A stretch of 64,000 bases of DNA from contig OZ024741.1 in assembly GCA_964016885.1 (NCBI GenBank), positions 357,492,001-357,556,000 on the forward strand, in the 5' to 3' direction. Origin of the DNA: Eledone cirrhosa (lineage: Eukaryota). A program made the position numbers and the translations under genes. The notes below the pieces were generated by a model. The model was not told where the DNA came from and searched no databases. It worked only from the letters and a program-made list of their open reading frames with translations. Of the stretch, positions 13,009-23,720 are shown piece after piece; positions within the stretch are counted from its first letter, which is position 1; every line of letters starts with the position of its first letter.

Positions 13009-13870
13009 GGCAGTGGTGGTGTCCTTGTTGTTGTTGTTGGTGGTGGTGGTGGTGGCAGTGGTGGTGTCCTTGTTGTTGTTGTTGTTGGTGGTGGTGGCAG
13101 TGGTGGTGTCCTTGTTGTTGTTGTTGTTGGTGGTGGTGGCAGTGGTGGTGTCCTTGTTGTTGTTGTTGTTGGTGGTGGTGGCAGTGGTGGTGTCCTTGTT
13201 GTTGTTGTTGGTGGTGGTGGTGGCAGTGGTGGTGTCCTTGTTGTTGTTGTTGTTGGTGGTGGTGGCAGTGGTGGTGTCCTTGTTGTTGTTGTTGTTGGTG
13301 GTGGTGGCAGTGGTGGTGTCCTTGTTGTTGTTGTTGTTGGTGGTGGTGGCAGTGGTGGTGTCCTTGTTGTTGTTGTTGTTGGTGGTGGTGGCAGTGGTGG
13401 TGTCCTTGTTGTTGTTGTTGTTGGTGGTGGTGGCAGTGGTGGTGTCCTTGTTGTTGTTGTTGTTGGTGGTGGTGGCAGTGGTGGTGTCCTTGTTGTTGTT
13501 GTTGTTGGTGGTGGTGGCAGTGGTGGTGTCCTTGTTGTTGTTGTTGTTGGTGGTGGTGGCAGTGGTGGTGTCCTTGTTGTTGTTGTTGTTGGTGGTGGTG
13601 GCAGTGGTGGTGTCCTTGTTGTTGTTGTTGTTGGTGGTGGTGGCAGTGGTGGTGTCCTTGTTGTTGTTGTTGTTGGTGGTGGTGGCAGTGGTGGTGTCCT
13701 TGTTGTTGTTGTTGGTGGTGGTGGTGGCAGTGGTGGTGTCCTTGTTGTTGTTGGTGGTGGTGGTGGTGGCAGTGGTGGTGTCCTTGTTGTTGTTGTTGTT
13801 GGTGGTGGTGGCAGTGGTGGTGTCCTTGTTGTTGTTGGTGGTGGTGGTGGTGGCAGTGGTGGTGTCCTTG

Positions 13871-13902
<32 letters not shown>

Positions 13903-14179
13903 GGTGGTGGTGTCCTTGTTGTTGTTGGTGGTGGTGGTGGTGGTGGTGGTGGTGGCAGTGGTGGTGTCCTTGTTGTTGTTGTTGGTGGTGGTGGTGGTGG
14001 CAGTGGTGGTGTCCTTGTTGTTGTTGTTGTTGTTGGTGGTGGTGGCAGTGGTGGTGTCCTTGTCGTTGTTGGTGGTGGTGGTGGTGGTGGTGGTGGCAGT
14101 GGTGGTGTCCTTGTTGTTGTTGTTGGTGGTGGTGGTGGTGGTGGTGGTGTCCTTGTTGTTGTTGGTGGTGGTGGTGTCC

Positions 14180-14211
<32 letters not shown>

Positions 14212-14713
14212 GGTGGCAGTGGTGGTGTCCTTGTTGTTGTTGTTGGTGTTGGTGGTGGCAGTGGAGGTGTCCTTGTTGTTGTTGGTGGTGGTGGTGGTGG
14301 TGACAGTGGCGGTGTCCTTGTTGTTGTTGGTGGTGGTGGTGGTGACAGTGGTGGTGTCCTTGTTGTTGTTGGTGGTGGTGGTGGTGGCAGTGGTGGTGTC
14401 CTTGTTGTTGTTGGGGGTGGTGGTGGTGGTGGCAGTGGTGGTGTCCTTGTTGTTGTTGTTGGTGGTGGTGGTGGCAGTGGTGGTGTCCTTGTTGTTGTTG
14501 GTGGTGGTGGTGGTCGTGGTGGTGGCAGTGGTGGTGTCCTTGTTGTTGTTGTTGGTGGTGGTGGTGGTGGCAGTGGTGGTGTCCTTGTTGTTGTTGTTGG
14601 TGGTGGTGGTGGTGGCAGTGGTGGTGTCCTTGTTGTTGTTGTTGGTGGTGGTGGTGGCAGTGGCGGTGTCCTTGTTGTTGTTGTTGTTGGTGGTGGTGGC
14701 AGTGGTGGTGTCC

Positions 14714-14745
<32 letters not shown>

Positions 14746-14932
14746 GGCAGTGGTGGTGTCCTTGTTGTTGTTGTTGTTGGTGGTGGTGGCAGTGGTGGTG
14801 TCCTTGTTGTTGTTGGTGGTGGTGGTGGTGGTGACAGTGGTGGTGTCCTTGTTGTTGTTGGTGGTGGTGGTGGTGGCAGTGGCGGTGTCCTTGTTGTTGT
14901 TGTTGGTGGTGGTGGTGGCAGTGGTGGTGTCC

Positions 14933-14963
<31 letters not shown>

Positions 14964-15172
14964 CAGTGGTGGTGTCCTTGTTGTTGTTGGTGGTGGTGGT
15001 GGTGGTGGTGGAGGCAGTGGTGGTGTCCTTGTTGTTGTTGGTGGTGGTGGTGGTGGTGGTGGCAGTGGTGGTGTCCTTGTTGTTGTTGGTGGTGGTGATG
15101 GTGGTGGTGGTGGCAGTGGTGGTGTCCATGTTGTTGTTGTTGGTGGTGGTGGTGGTGGCAGTGGTGGTGTCC

Positions 15173-15203
<31 letters not shown>

Positions 15204-15397
15204 CAGTGGTGGTGTCCTTGTCGTTGTTGTTGGTGGTGGTGGTGGTGGTGGTGGCAGTGGTGGTGTCCTTGTTGTTGTTGTTGGTGGTGGTGGTGGTGGC
15301 AGTGGTGGTGTCCTTGTTGTTGTTGTTGGTGGTGGTGGTGGCAGTGGCGGTGTCCTTGTTGTTGTTGTTGTTGGTGGTGGTGGCAGTGGTGGTGTCC

Positions 15398-15429
<32 letters not shown>

Positions 15430-15883
15430 GGCAGTGGTGGTGTCCTTGTTGTTGTTGTTGTTGGTGGTGGTGGCAGTGGTGGTGTCCTTGTTGTTGTTGT
15501 TGGTGGTGGTGGTGGTGACAGTGGCGGTGTCCTTGTTGTTGTTGGTGGTGGTGGTGGTGACAGTGGTGGTGTCCTTGTTGTTGTTGGTGGTGGTGGTGGC
15601 AGTGGTGGTGTCCTTGTTGTTGTTGGGGGTGGTGGTGGTGGTGGCAGTGGTGGTGTCCTTGTTGTTGTTGTTGGTGGTGGTGGTGGCAGTGGTGGTGTCC
15701 TTGTTGTTGTTGGTGGTGGTGGTGGTCGTGGTGGTGGCAGTGGTGGTGTCCTTGTTGTTGTTGTTGGTGGTGGTGGTGGTGGCAGTGGTGGTGTCCTTGT
15801 TGTTGTTGTTGGTGGTGGTGGTGGTGGCAGTGGTGGTGTCCTTGTTGTTGTTGTTGGTGGTGGTGGTGGCAGTGGCGGTGTCC

Positions 15884-15915
<32 letters not shown>

Positions 15916-16009
15916 GGCGGTGTCCTTGTTGTTGTTGTTGTTGGTGGTGGTGGCAGTGGTGGTGTCCTTGTTGTTGTTGTTGGTGGTGGTGGTGGCAGTG
16001 GCGGTGTCC

Positions 16010-16041
<32 letters not shown>

Positions 16042-16123
16042 GGCGGTGTCCTTGTTGTTGTTGTTGTTGGTGGTGGTGTCCTTGTTGTTGTTGTTGGTGG
16101 TGGTGGTGGCAGTGGCGGTGTCC

Positions 16124-16155
<32 letters not shown>

Positions 16156-16543
16156 GGCGGTGTCCTTGTTGTTGTTGTTGTTGGTGGTGGTGGCAGTGGT
16201 GGTGTCCTTGTTGTTGTTGTTGGTGGTGGTGGTGGCAGTGGCGGTGTCCTTGTTGTTGTTGTTGGTGGTGGTGGTGGCAGTGGTGGTGTCCTTGTTGTTG
16301 TTGTTGGTGGTGGTGGTGGCAGTGGCGGTGTCCTTGTTGTTGTTGTTGGTGGTGGTGGCAGTGGTGGTGTCCTTGTTGTTGTTGTTGGTGGTGGTGGTGG
16401 TGGTGGTGGTGTCCTTGTTGTTGTTGTTGTTGGTGGTGGTGGCAGTGGTGGTGTCCTTGTTGTTGTTGGTGGTGGTGGTGGTGACAGTGGTGGTGTCCTT
16501 GTTGTTGTTGGTGGTGGTGGTGGTGGCAGTGGCGGTGTCCTTG

Positions 16544-16575
<32 letters not shown>

Positions 16576-16591
16576 GGCAGTGGTGGTGTCC

Positions 16592-16622
<31 letters not shown>

Positions 16623-16720
16623 CAGTGGTGGTGTCCTTGTTGTTGTTGTTGGTGGTGGTGGTGGCAGTGGCGGTGTCCTTGTTGTTGTTGTTGGTGGTGG
16701 TGGCAGTGGTGGTGTCCTTG

Positions 16721-16752
<32 letters not shown>

Positions 16753-16774
16753 GGTGGTGGTGGTGGTGGTGTCC

Positions 16775-16805
<31 letters not shown>

Positions 16806-16945
16806 CAGTGGTGGTGTCCTTGTTGTTGTTGTTGGTGGTGGTGGTGACAGTGGTGGTGTCCTTGTTGTTGTTGTTGGTGGTGGTGGTGGCAGTGGCGGTG
16901 TCCTTGTTGTTGTTGTTGGTGGTGGTGGTGGCAGTGGTGGTGTCC

Positions 16946-16976
<31 letters not shown>

Positions 16977-17161
16977 CAGTGGTGGTGTCCTTGTTGTTGT
17001 TGGTGGTGGTGGTGGTGGCAGTGGCGGTGTCCTTGTTGTTGTTGTTGGTGGTGGTGGTGGTGACAGTGGTGGTGTCCTTGTTGTTGTTGTTGGTGGTGGT
17101 GGTGGCAGTGGCGGTGTCCTTGTTGTTGTTGTTGGTGGTGGTGGTGGCAGTGGTGGTGTCC

Positions 17162-17192
<31 letters not shown>

Positions 17193-17707
17193 CAGTGGTG
17201 GTGTCCTTGTTGTTGTTGGTGGTGGTGGTGGTGGTGGTGGAGGCAGTGGTGGTGTCCTTGTTGTTGTTGGTGGTGGTGGTGGTGGCAGTGGTGGTGTCCT
17301 TGTTGTTGTTGGTGGTGGTGGTGGTGGTGGTGGTGGCAGTGGTGGTGTCCTTGTTGTTGTTGTTGGTGGTGGTGGTGGTGGTGGTGGCAGTGGTGGTGTC
17401 CTTGTTGTTGTTGTTGGTGGTGGTGGTGGTGGTGGCAGTGGTGGTGTCCTTGTTGTTGTTGGTGGTGGTGGTGGTGGTGGTGGTGACAGTGGTGGTGTCC
17501 TTGTTGTTGTTGTTGGTGGTGGTGGTGGCAGTGGCGGTGTCCTTGTTGTTGTTGTTGGTGGTGGTGGCAGTGGTGGTGTCCTTGTTGTTGTTGTTGGTGG
17601 TGGTGGTGGTGACAGTGGTGGTGTCCTTGTTGTTGTTGGTGGTGGTGGTGGCAGTGGCGGTGTCCTTGTTGTTGTTGTTGGTGGTGGTGGTGGCAGTGGT
17701 GGTGTCC

Positions 17708-17738
<31 letters not shown>

Positions 17739-18514
17739 CAGTGGTGGTGTCCTTGTTGTTGTTGGTGGTGGTGGTGGTGGTGGTGGAGGCAGTGGTGGTG
17801 TCCTTGTTGTTGTTGGTGGTGGTGGTGGTGGCAGTGGTGGTGTCCTTGTTGTTGTTGGTGGTGGTGGTGGTGGTGGTGGTGGCAGTGGTGGTGTCCTTGT
17901 TGTTGTTGTTGGTGGTGGTGGTGGTGGTGGTGGCAGTGGTGGTGTCCTTGTTGTTGTTGTTGGTGGTGGTGGTGGTGGTGGCAGTGGTGGTGTCCTTGTT
18001 GTTGTTGGTGGTGGTGGTGGTGGTGGTGGTGGCAGTGGTGGTGTCCTTGTTGTTGTTGTTGTTGGTGGTGGCAGTGGTGGTGTCCTTGTTGTTGTTGGTG
18101 GTGGTGGTGGTGGTGGTGGAGGCAGTGGTGGTGTCCTTGTTGTTGTTGGTGGTGGTGGTGGTGGTGGTGGTGGCAGTGGTGGTGTCCTTGTTGTTGTTGT
18201 TGGTGGTGGTGGTGGTGGTGGCAGTGGTGGTGTCCTTGTTGTTGTTGGTGGTGGTGGTGGTGGTGGTGGTGGCAGTGGTGGTGTCCTTGTTGTTGTTGGT
18301 GGTGGTGGTGGTGGTGGTGGTGGCAGTGGTGGTGTCCTTGTTGTTGTTGTTGGTGGTGGTGGTGGTGGCAGTGGTGGTGTCCTTGTTGTTGTTGTTGGTG
18401 GTGGTGCTGGCAGTGGTGGTGTCCTTGTTGCTGTTGTTGTTGGTGGTGGTGGTGGTGGCAGTGGTGGTGTCCTTGTTGTTGTTGTTGTTGGTGGTGGTGG
18501 CAGTGGTGGTGTCC

Positions 18515-18546
<32 letters not shown>

Positions 18547-18987
18547 GGTGGCAGTGGTGGTGTCCTTGTTGTTGTTGTTGGTGGTGGTGGTGGTGGCAGT
18601 GGTGGTGTCCTTGTTGTTGTTGTTGGTGGTGGTGGTGGCAGTGGTGGTGTCCTTGTTGTTGTTGTTGTTGGTGGAGGTGGCAGTGGTGGTGTCCTTGTTG
18701 TTGTTGTTGGTGGTTGTGGTGGCAGTGGTGGTGTCCTTGTTGTTGTTGGTGGTGGTGGTGGTGGTGACAGTGGTGGTGTCCTTGTTGTTGTTGTTGGTGG
18801 TGGTGGTGGTGGCAGTGGTGGTGTCCTTGTTGTTGTTGGTGGTGGTGGCAGTGGTGGTGTCCTTGTTGTTGTTGGTGGTGGTGGTGGTGGTGGTGGTGGC
18901 AGTGGTGGTGTCCTTGTTGTTGTTGTTGGTGGTGGTGGCAGTGGTGGTGTCCTTGTCCTTGTTGTTGTTGGTGGTGGTGGTGGTGTC

Positions 18988-19020
<33 letters not shown>

Positions 19021-19143
19021 GGCAGTGGTGGTGTCCTTGTCCTTGTTGTTGGTGGTGGCAGTGGAGGTGTCATTGTTGTTGTCGTTGTTGGTGGTGGTGG
19101 TGCTGATGTTATTATTGCTGCTGCAGTTGTTGTTGTTGTTGTT
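1985..19143. repeat. ~17.2-kb compound satellite, unit GTCCTT(GTT)n(GGT)mGGCAGTGGTGGT
   Basis: Hundreds of roughly 30-60 bp units with fixed GTCCTT and GGCAGT/GACAGT anchors. The triplet runs between them vary in length. Confidence 0.97.
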
Positions 19144-19380
19144 TTCCTCCTTGTCCTCCTCCTTCTTCGTCATCCACTTCCTCCTCCTCCTCCTCCTCCT
19201 CCTCCTCCTCTACCTCCTCCTTCTCTGCCTTCTCCTCTTCTTTCTTGTCCTCCTCCTCCTCCTCCTCCTCCTTCTCCTCTTCTTTTTTGTCCTCTTACTC
19301 TGCCTTCTCTTCTTTCTTTTCCTCCCCCTCCTCCTCCCCTGTCTCTCTCATCCTCCTTCTACTCTCCCCCTCTCTCCACT
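19144..19380. repeat. (CCT)n / polypyrimidine tract
   Basis: Runs of cct and ctt directly follow the satellite. Confidence 0.9.
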
Positions 19381-19597
19381 ATCTCTATTTAGTGAGACAC
19401 TAATGGTACAACATGTTACTATATGATATACCACTATTTCCAGTGTTTTCCACTAATTAAAACAATGTTAATCTTTATTGTTTACACCAATTTATTTAAA
19501 ACTCATTCTTAATTTTATTCATTTATTTGTTTATTTATTAATTGAAAGATTTACTGACCTACTTTGTTAATTGTCTATTATTCTAATTATTTAGTTT

Positions 19598-20220
19598 ATA
19601 TCATCATCATCATCATCATCCTTGTCACCAACATCGGCAACATCTTCATCATCATCATCGTCATCCTTGTCACCAACATCATCATCATCGTCAACCTCAT
19701 CACCAATATCATCATCATTATTATCATCATCATCCTCATCACCAATATCATCATCATGGTGGTGGGTTGGCAGTATCGGTAGAGTGTCAGACACCATGCT
19801 TTGCAGCAAAGAGTTACGTCCCTTTATGTTCAGAGTTCAAATCCCACCAAGGTTAACTTTGCCTTTCATCCTTACGGGGTCGATAAAATAAAGTACCAGT
19901 AATACACTGGGATAATTGCTGGCCTTGTACCAAAAGTAGAAACAATTATTATCATCATCATCGTCACCAGCATTATCATCATTATTATCATCATCATCGT
20001 CATCATCCTCGTCACCAACATCATCATCATTGTTATTATCATCATCGTCATCATCCTCGTCACCAACATCATCATCATTGTTATTATCATCATTGTCGTC
20101 ATCGCCGTCCTCTTTCTCCTCCTACTCTGCATCATCATTTTTAACATGATCGTCGTCACCACCACCACCACCACAATCATAATCATCATCATCATCATCA
20201 TCAACATCATCATCGTTTTT
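19598..20220. repeat. Degenerate (ATC)n microsatellite with catcctcgtcaccaac sub-units, containing a SINE
   Basis: atc runs are directly visible on both sides of the SINE at 19759-19947. Confidence 0.85.
19759..19947 (+). mobile_element. tRNA-derived SINE, family A
   Basis: A-box-like tggcagtatcgg, B-box gttcaaatcc, core gcctttcatccttacggggtcgataaaataaagtaccag and tail ccaaaagtagaaacaattat. Many near-identical copies occur in the window. Confidence 0.85.
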
Positions 20221-21071
20221 ATCTTTTTCATGTTGGTGTTAGTTGGACAAGTCCATTACAAAAATCTGAAATGATTACTCTGACATCATCATCATCATTA
20301 TCATCATCTTTTTACGTCCACTTTTCCATGTTGGCATACGTTGGAGAAACATTTTTTTAGATTGTGTTTTATAGTTGGATGCTCTTTCTGTTGCCAACCC
20401 CATTGGTCACCTCTTACAGCACAAAGGGTTACAATGTACCTATTCTAAACCCTGGGCTACACATTTGTTATATTATATTATCTCTGAACTTTACAAGATC
20501 ACTAGACAACACCTGGCTGAATTTGTTGTTGTTTAGTCCCATGTCAGTTCCTTGATAATGTAAACATATGATGATAGGTATTCCAGACAGAATCATTCTG
20601 TCTTTTTTTAAGGGGAACTAATAATACATTATCCTATGTATCCTTTCTCTTTTGAAGATGATATGGAGAGATTTGAGGGAGATTTGGTTGATATATTTAG
20701 CCGGATAATTGACCATGTAGAGGCTCCCTTGTTGGCTCATAACATCTTAGTTGATATTTCTTAGCTACGTGTTCCATTCTGACATTAGTTATAACACTTT
20801 TATTACCATATTTCTCATAAAAGATGCTACTTATGGTTTTAAAAGCGTGGAACCAGGAATTTCAGATGGTTTAGTTTTCTAACTAATGACAGACTCTGCA
20901 TATGATTTTTAAATATCTTTTTTAGATAATAAAGAATATGGAGTGATTTAGTAAAATAACTTATTATGAAGCTTGATACATAACTTAGGGCAAGACGTGT
21001 TTTCTTGAGCTCTGCTAGAGTCAGCAGCAACACACACAACCACATGTTGCTACACACAAGGAAAAAAAATG

Positions 21072-21430
21072 GAATGTTCGGCGCATCAAGCAGTAAGTAC
21101 TCGCCAACGGTCACGATCAGTGGCAACCTTTTCGAGACCGTGCCAAGTGATGTTGGCTGCCATCAGGTCCTTCCGGAACGTTCGTCGCCAGGTGTTACTT
21201 GGGCAACCCCGCCTCCGTTTACCGCCAGGCGGAGTCCAGTTCATCACTGTTTTTGAATGCCGTTCATTTGGCAGACGCAGAATATGGCCAGCCAGACGGC
21301 ACCGATGCTCCATGATCACTCTCTGTAGTGTCTACGACTCGGCTCTCCGCAGGATCTCCTCGTTTCACACTCGGTCGCACCAGGACACACAAAGGATCTT
21401 TCGCAGGCACCACTGGTGGAAAGCGTTCAG
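21072..21430 (-). mobile_element. RTE-clade LINE 3' fragment
   Basis: RLAGHILRLPNERHSKTVMNWTPPGGKRRRGCPSNTWRRT...ATDRDRWR is the canonical RTE C-terminus. Confidence 0.85.
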
Positions 21431-21807
21431 CCATCTCTCTATTTTTTCCGTACTCTTCCAGGTCTCGTACATTTATATCTAAATATCGTTATTATCATTT
21501 ACAGATGTCCCTCTGTGTTGAAAGTAAAATACATGTTCATAAATGTATATGTACATATGTGAGTGTGTGCATATTTTTGTGATTGGAACATTTTTTGGAC
21601 CTACCAATTCAACACCAAACGAGGTAAAAATGTTCAACTTTCCCTTTTTTGTGTGAACGTGTGCTTTGTCTGAGGCATCTTGAAAGTATTTTTCATAGAA
21701 CTGTGGATTTTACCATTCCTTTTGAGCATTTAACTCTCAGGGACATTCAAATTGATTTTACCATTTACAATCCACAGAGAGAGGAATGTAGCAGGAGTTG
21801 CCATCCT

Positions 21808-22127
21808 TGTTGTGACACTCACAACCCCAATAGATTAACGGTCTCTAGACAGGAAGTAGAACCCTTTCTGTAACTTCCGGTCAGAACCCTATAAAACTAA
21901 CAACGTTAAGCTAGCTAGCTCTCATTCGCCTTTTCGGTCAGGCACCTCCTGGCTTTCGCCAGGAGTCTTCACTCAGGCGTGTGTAACCCTGGCAACCAAG
22001 CGGTAACTAATAACTTTGTTTCATTCTCTCATTTATTCATTGACATGTCAACTATACAGTTCTATATATTCACAAATTGTTTATTAAATATTATACACAC
22101 CACTAGTATTTTGCTATAGGAACAACA
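21808..22127 (+). mobile_element. Candidate solo LTR
   Basis: Terminal inverted ends TGTTGT...ACAACA, internal TATAAAA (~21890) and ATTAAA (~22084). No matching TSD seen. Confidence 0.35.
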
Positions 22128-23233
22128 GAGCTTTAAAAGAAAATTTAAAAGGATTGGTTGTCGACCAGAATCTACTGCTACATTCCACTGGCGACTACGC
22201 ATGTAACCAACCTGGAAGAATTGTATATCATGCAATCACACACATAATTACACATTCCTCCTTAACTTACACTCACAATTTCCCCCCCCCCCCCCCCCCC
22301 CAAAAGAAAACAACTAAAAATGGCTAGGAACTGGCTCTAGCTTCACAAGAACAGATAACAGATGACACTACCCCATCTCCCCCTTGAAATAACCTGAATC
22401 TATTTATAGACAGGTGTGACTGAAAGATCAATCCATACTTTCATTTGTATTTCACAGAATTAGAAGCTTTGGTCATTTGAAAGAATTCAGACCAGTAATG
22501 TAAACGTTCTTTAATTGTAAACATTCTGTAATTGTAAACATCTTGTATCACAAACATTCATTCTTTTCAAAGTGACCATTTGAAACTATTGCATATATGT
22601 AACTCTTTAAACTTAAGGTAACACTGTGTAACGTTTTTTGTTTGTTTGTTTTCTTTACTGTCACTTTGAAGTTACTGCGGATTTACCAATGTGAAATATT
22701 ACACAAACTCACAGCCTTTGAACTTTTACTTCTAATGTTTTTCCCTTGTCTTTCTTTGCTTGTTCATTGCTCTCTTGGTCATCTCCACGCACTCATAATT
22801 CTCCCCCTCTTCTTCCTCCCTTCTCCGCTTACCCCTAACTTCATCCTCACGCACAGCCCATGTATGTCGTCACTTGTCCCGTTAGTGACTTGATGTTTTG
22901 ACCGATCTATCACCGGCGATTGCTGATTAATAAAGTTGCCACCACTTTAACCTAATCCACTCTAGGTGGTGGAGGCATGTGTCGAACGACCAAGAGCTCT
23001 GCTTGGTGGGACGACTATGTGACAGTAGGTCAACCTTCGACCTCTCATTCTCCACCAACTTCGGCACACACGAGAGGAGCTAACTTGTGTCCACCTATCC
23101 TCCCTCACCTCCTTGCCACCGTAGGTTCCGAACGGAATTAACCCTGCCAACACCGAGAAACTTAAGTTTCTCGGACCCTGATCCTCTTGTTGAGGTTGGG
23201 ATGTGGGGCTAGGTGTGTTTCACAGTCCCTCTT

Positions 23234-23272
<39 letters not shown>

Positions 23273-23311
23273 TTACATATATCTCTATATATATATTTAC
23301 ATATATATATG

Positions 23312-23720
23312 TTTACAGTGTGGAACTGGGAGGTTTTTACTGTGTTACCTACACGGCCGCAGTCCACGCTGTAATGTGGCCGTGTAGGTAACACGGTAAA
23401 AGCCTCCCAGTTCCACACTGTAAACGTGGTTGGTGTTAGGAAGGGCATCCAGCCGTAGAAAACCCGCCAGACATATAGGTGTCACGACAAAAAAACACAC
23501 AGTCCACGCTGTAATGTGGCCGTGTAGGTAACACGGTAAAAGCCTCCCAGTTCCACACTGTAAATGTGGTTGGTGTTAGGAAGGGCATCCAGCCATAGAA
23601 AACCCGCCAGACAGTCCTATGCGAGCAAGACAACCAATCTTGCCTCAAGTGGGAAAACCCCCATCCAAACCCATGCAAGCATGGAAGATGGACGTTAAAC
23701 GATGATGATGATGATGATGA
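23312..23720 (+). mobile_element. RTE-associated non-coding repeat (ccacactgtaaa family) with internal duplication and 5' inversion
   Basis: Ends in ccatgcaagcatggaagatggacgttaaac(gat)n. Nearly identical to 29190-29427 and related to 39740-39875, 43628-43990 (-) and 56225-56481. Confidence 0.7.

Noticed and set aside
1985-19143. Telomeric repeat array
   Set aside because: G/T-rich but not TTAGGG-like, and flanked by ordinary sequence on both sides.
1979-19426. Giant plus-strand ORFs (poly-L/V and poly-G/V) as real genes
   Set aside because: They are by-products of a stop-free triplet satellite, start at non-ATG codons and give implausible proteins.
19759-19860. tRNA gene
   Set aside because: The A and B boxes belong to a multi-copy SINE head, with no complete cloverleaf.
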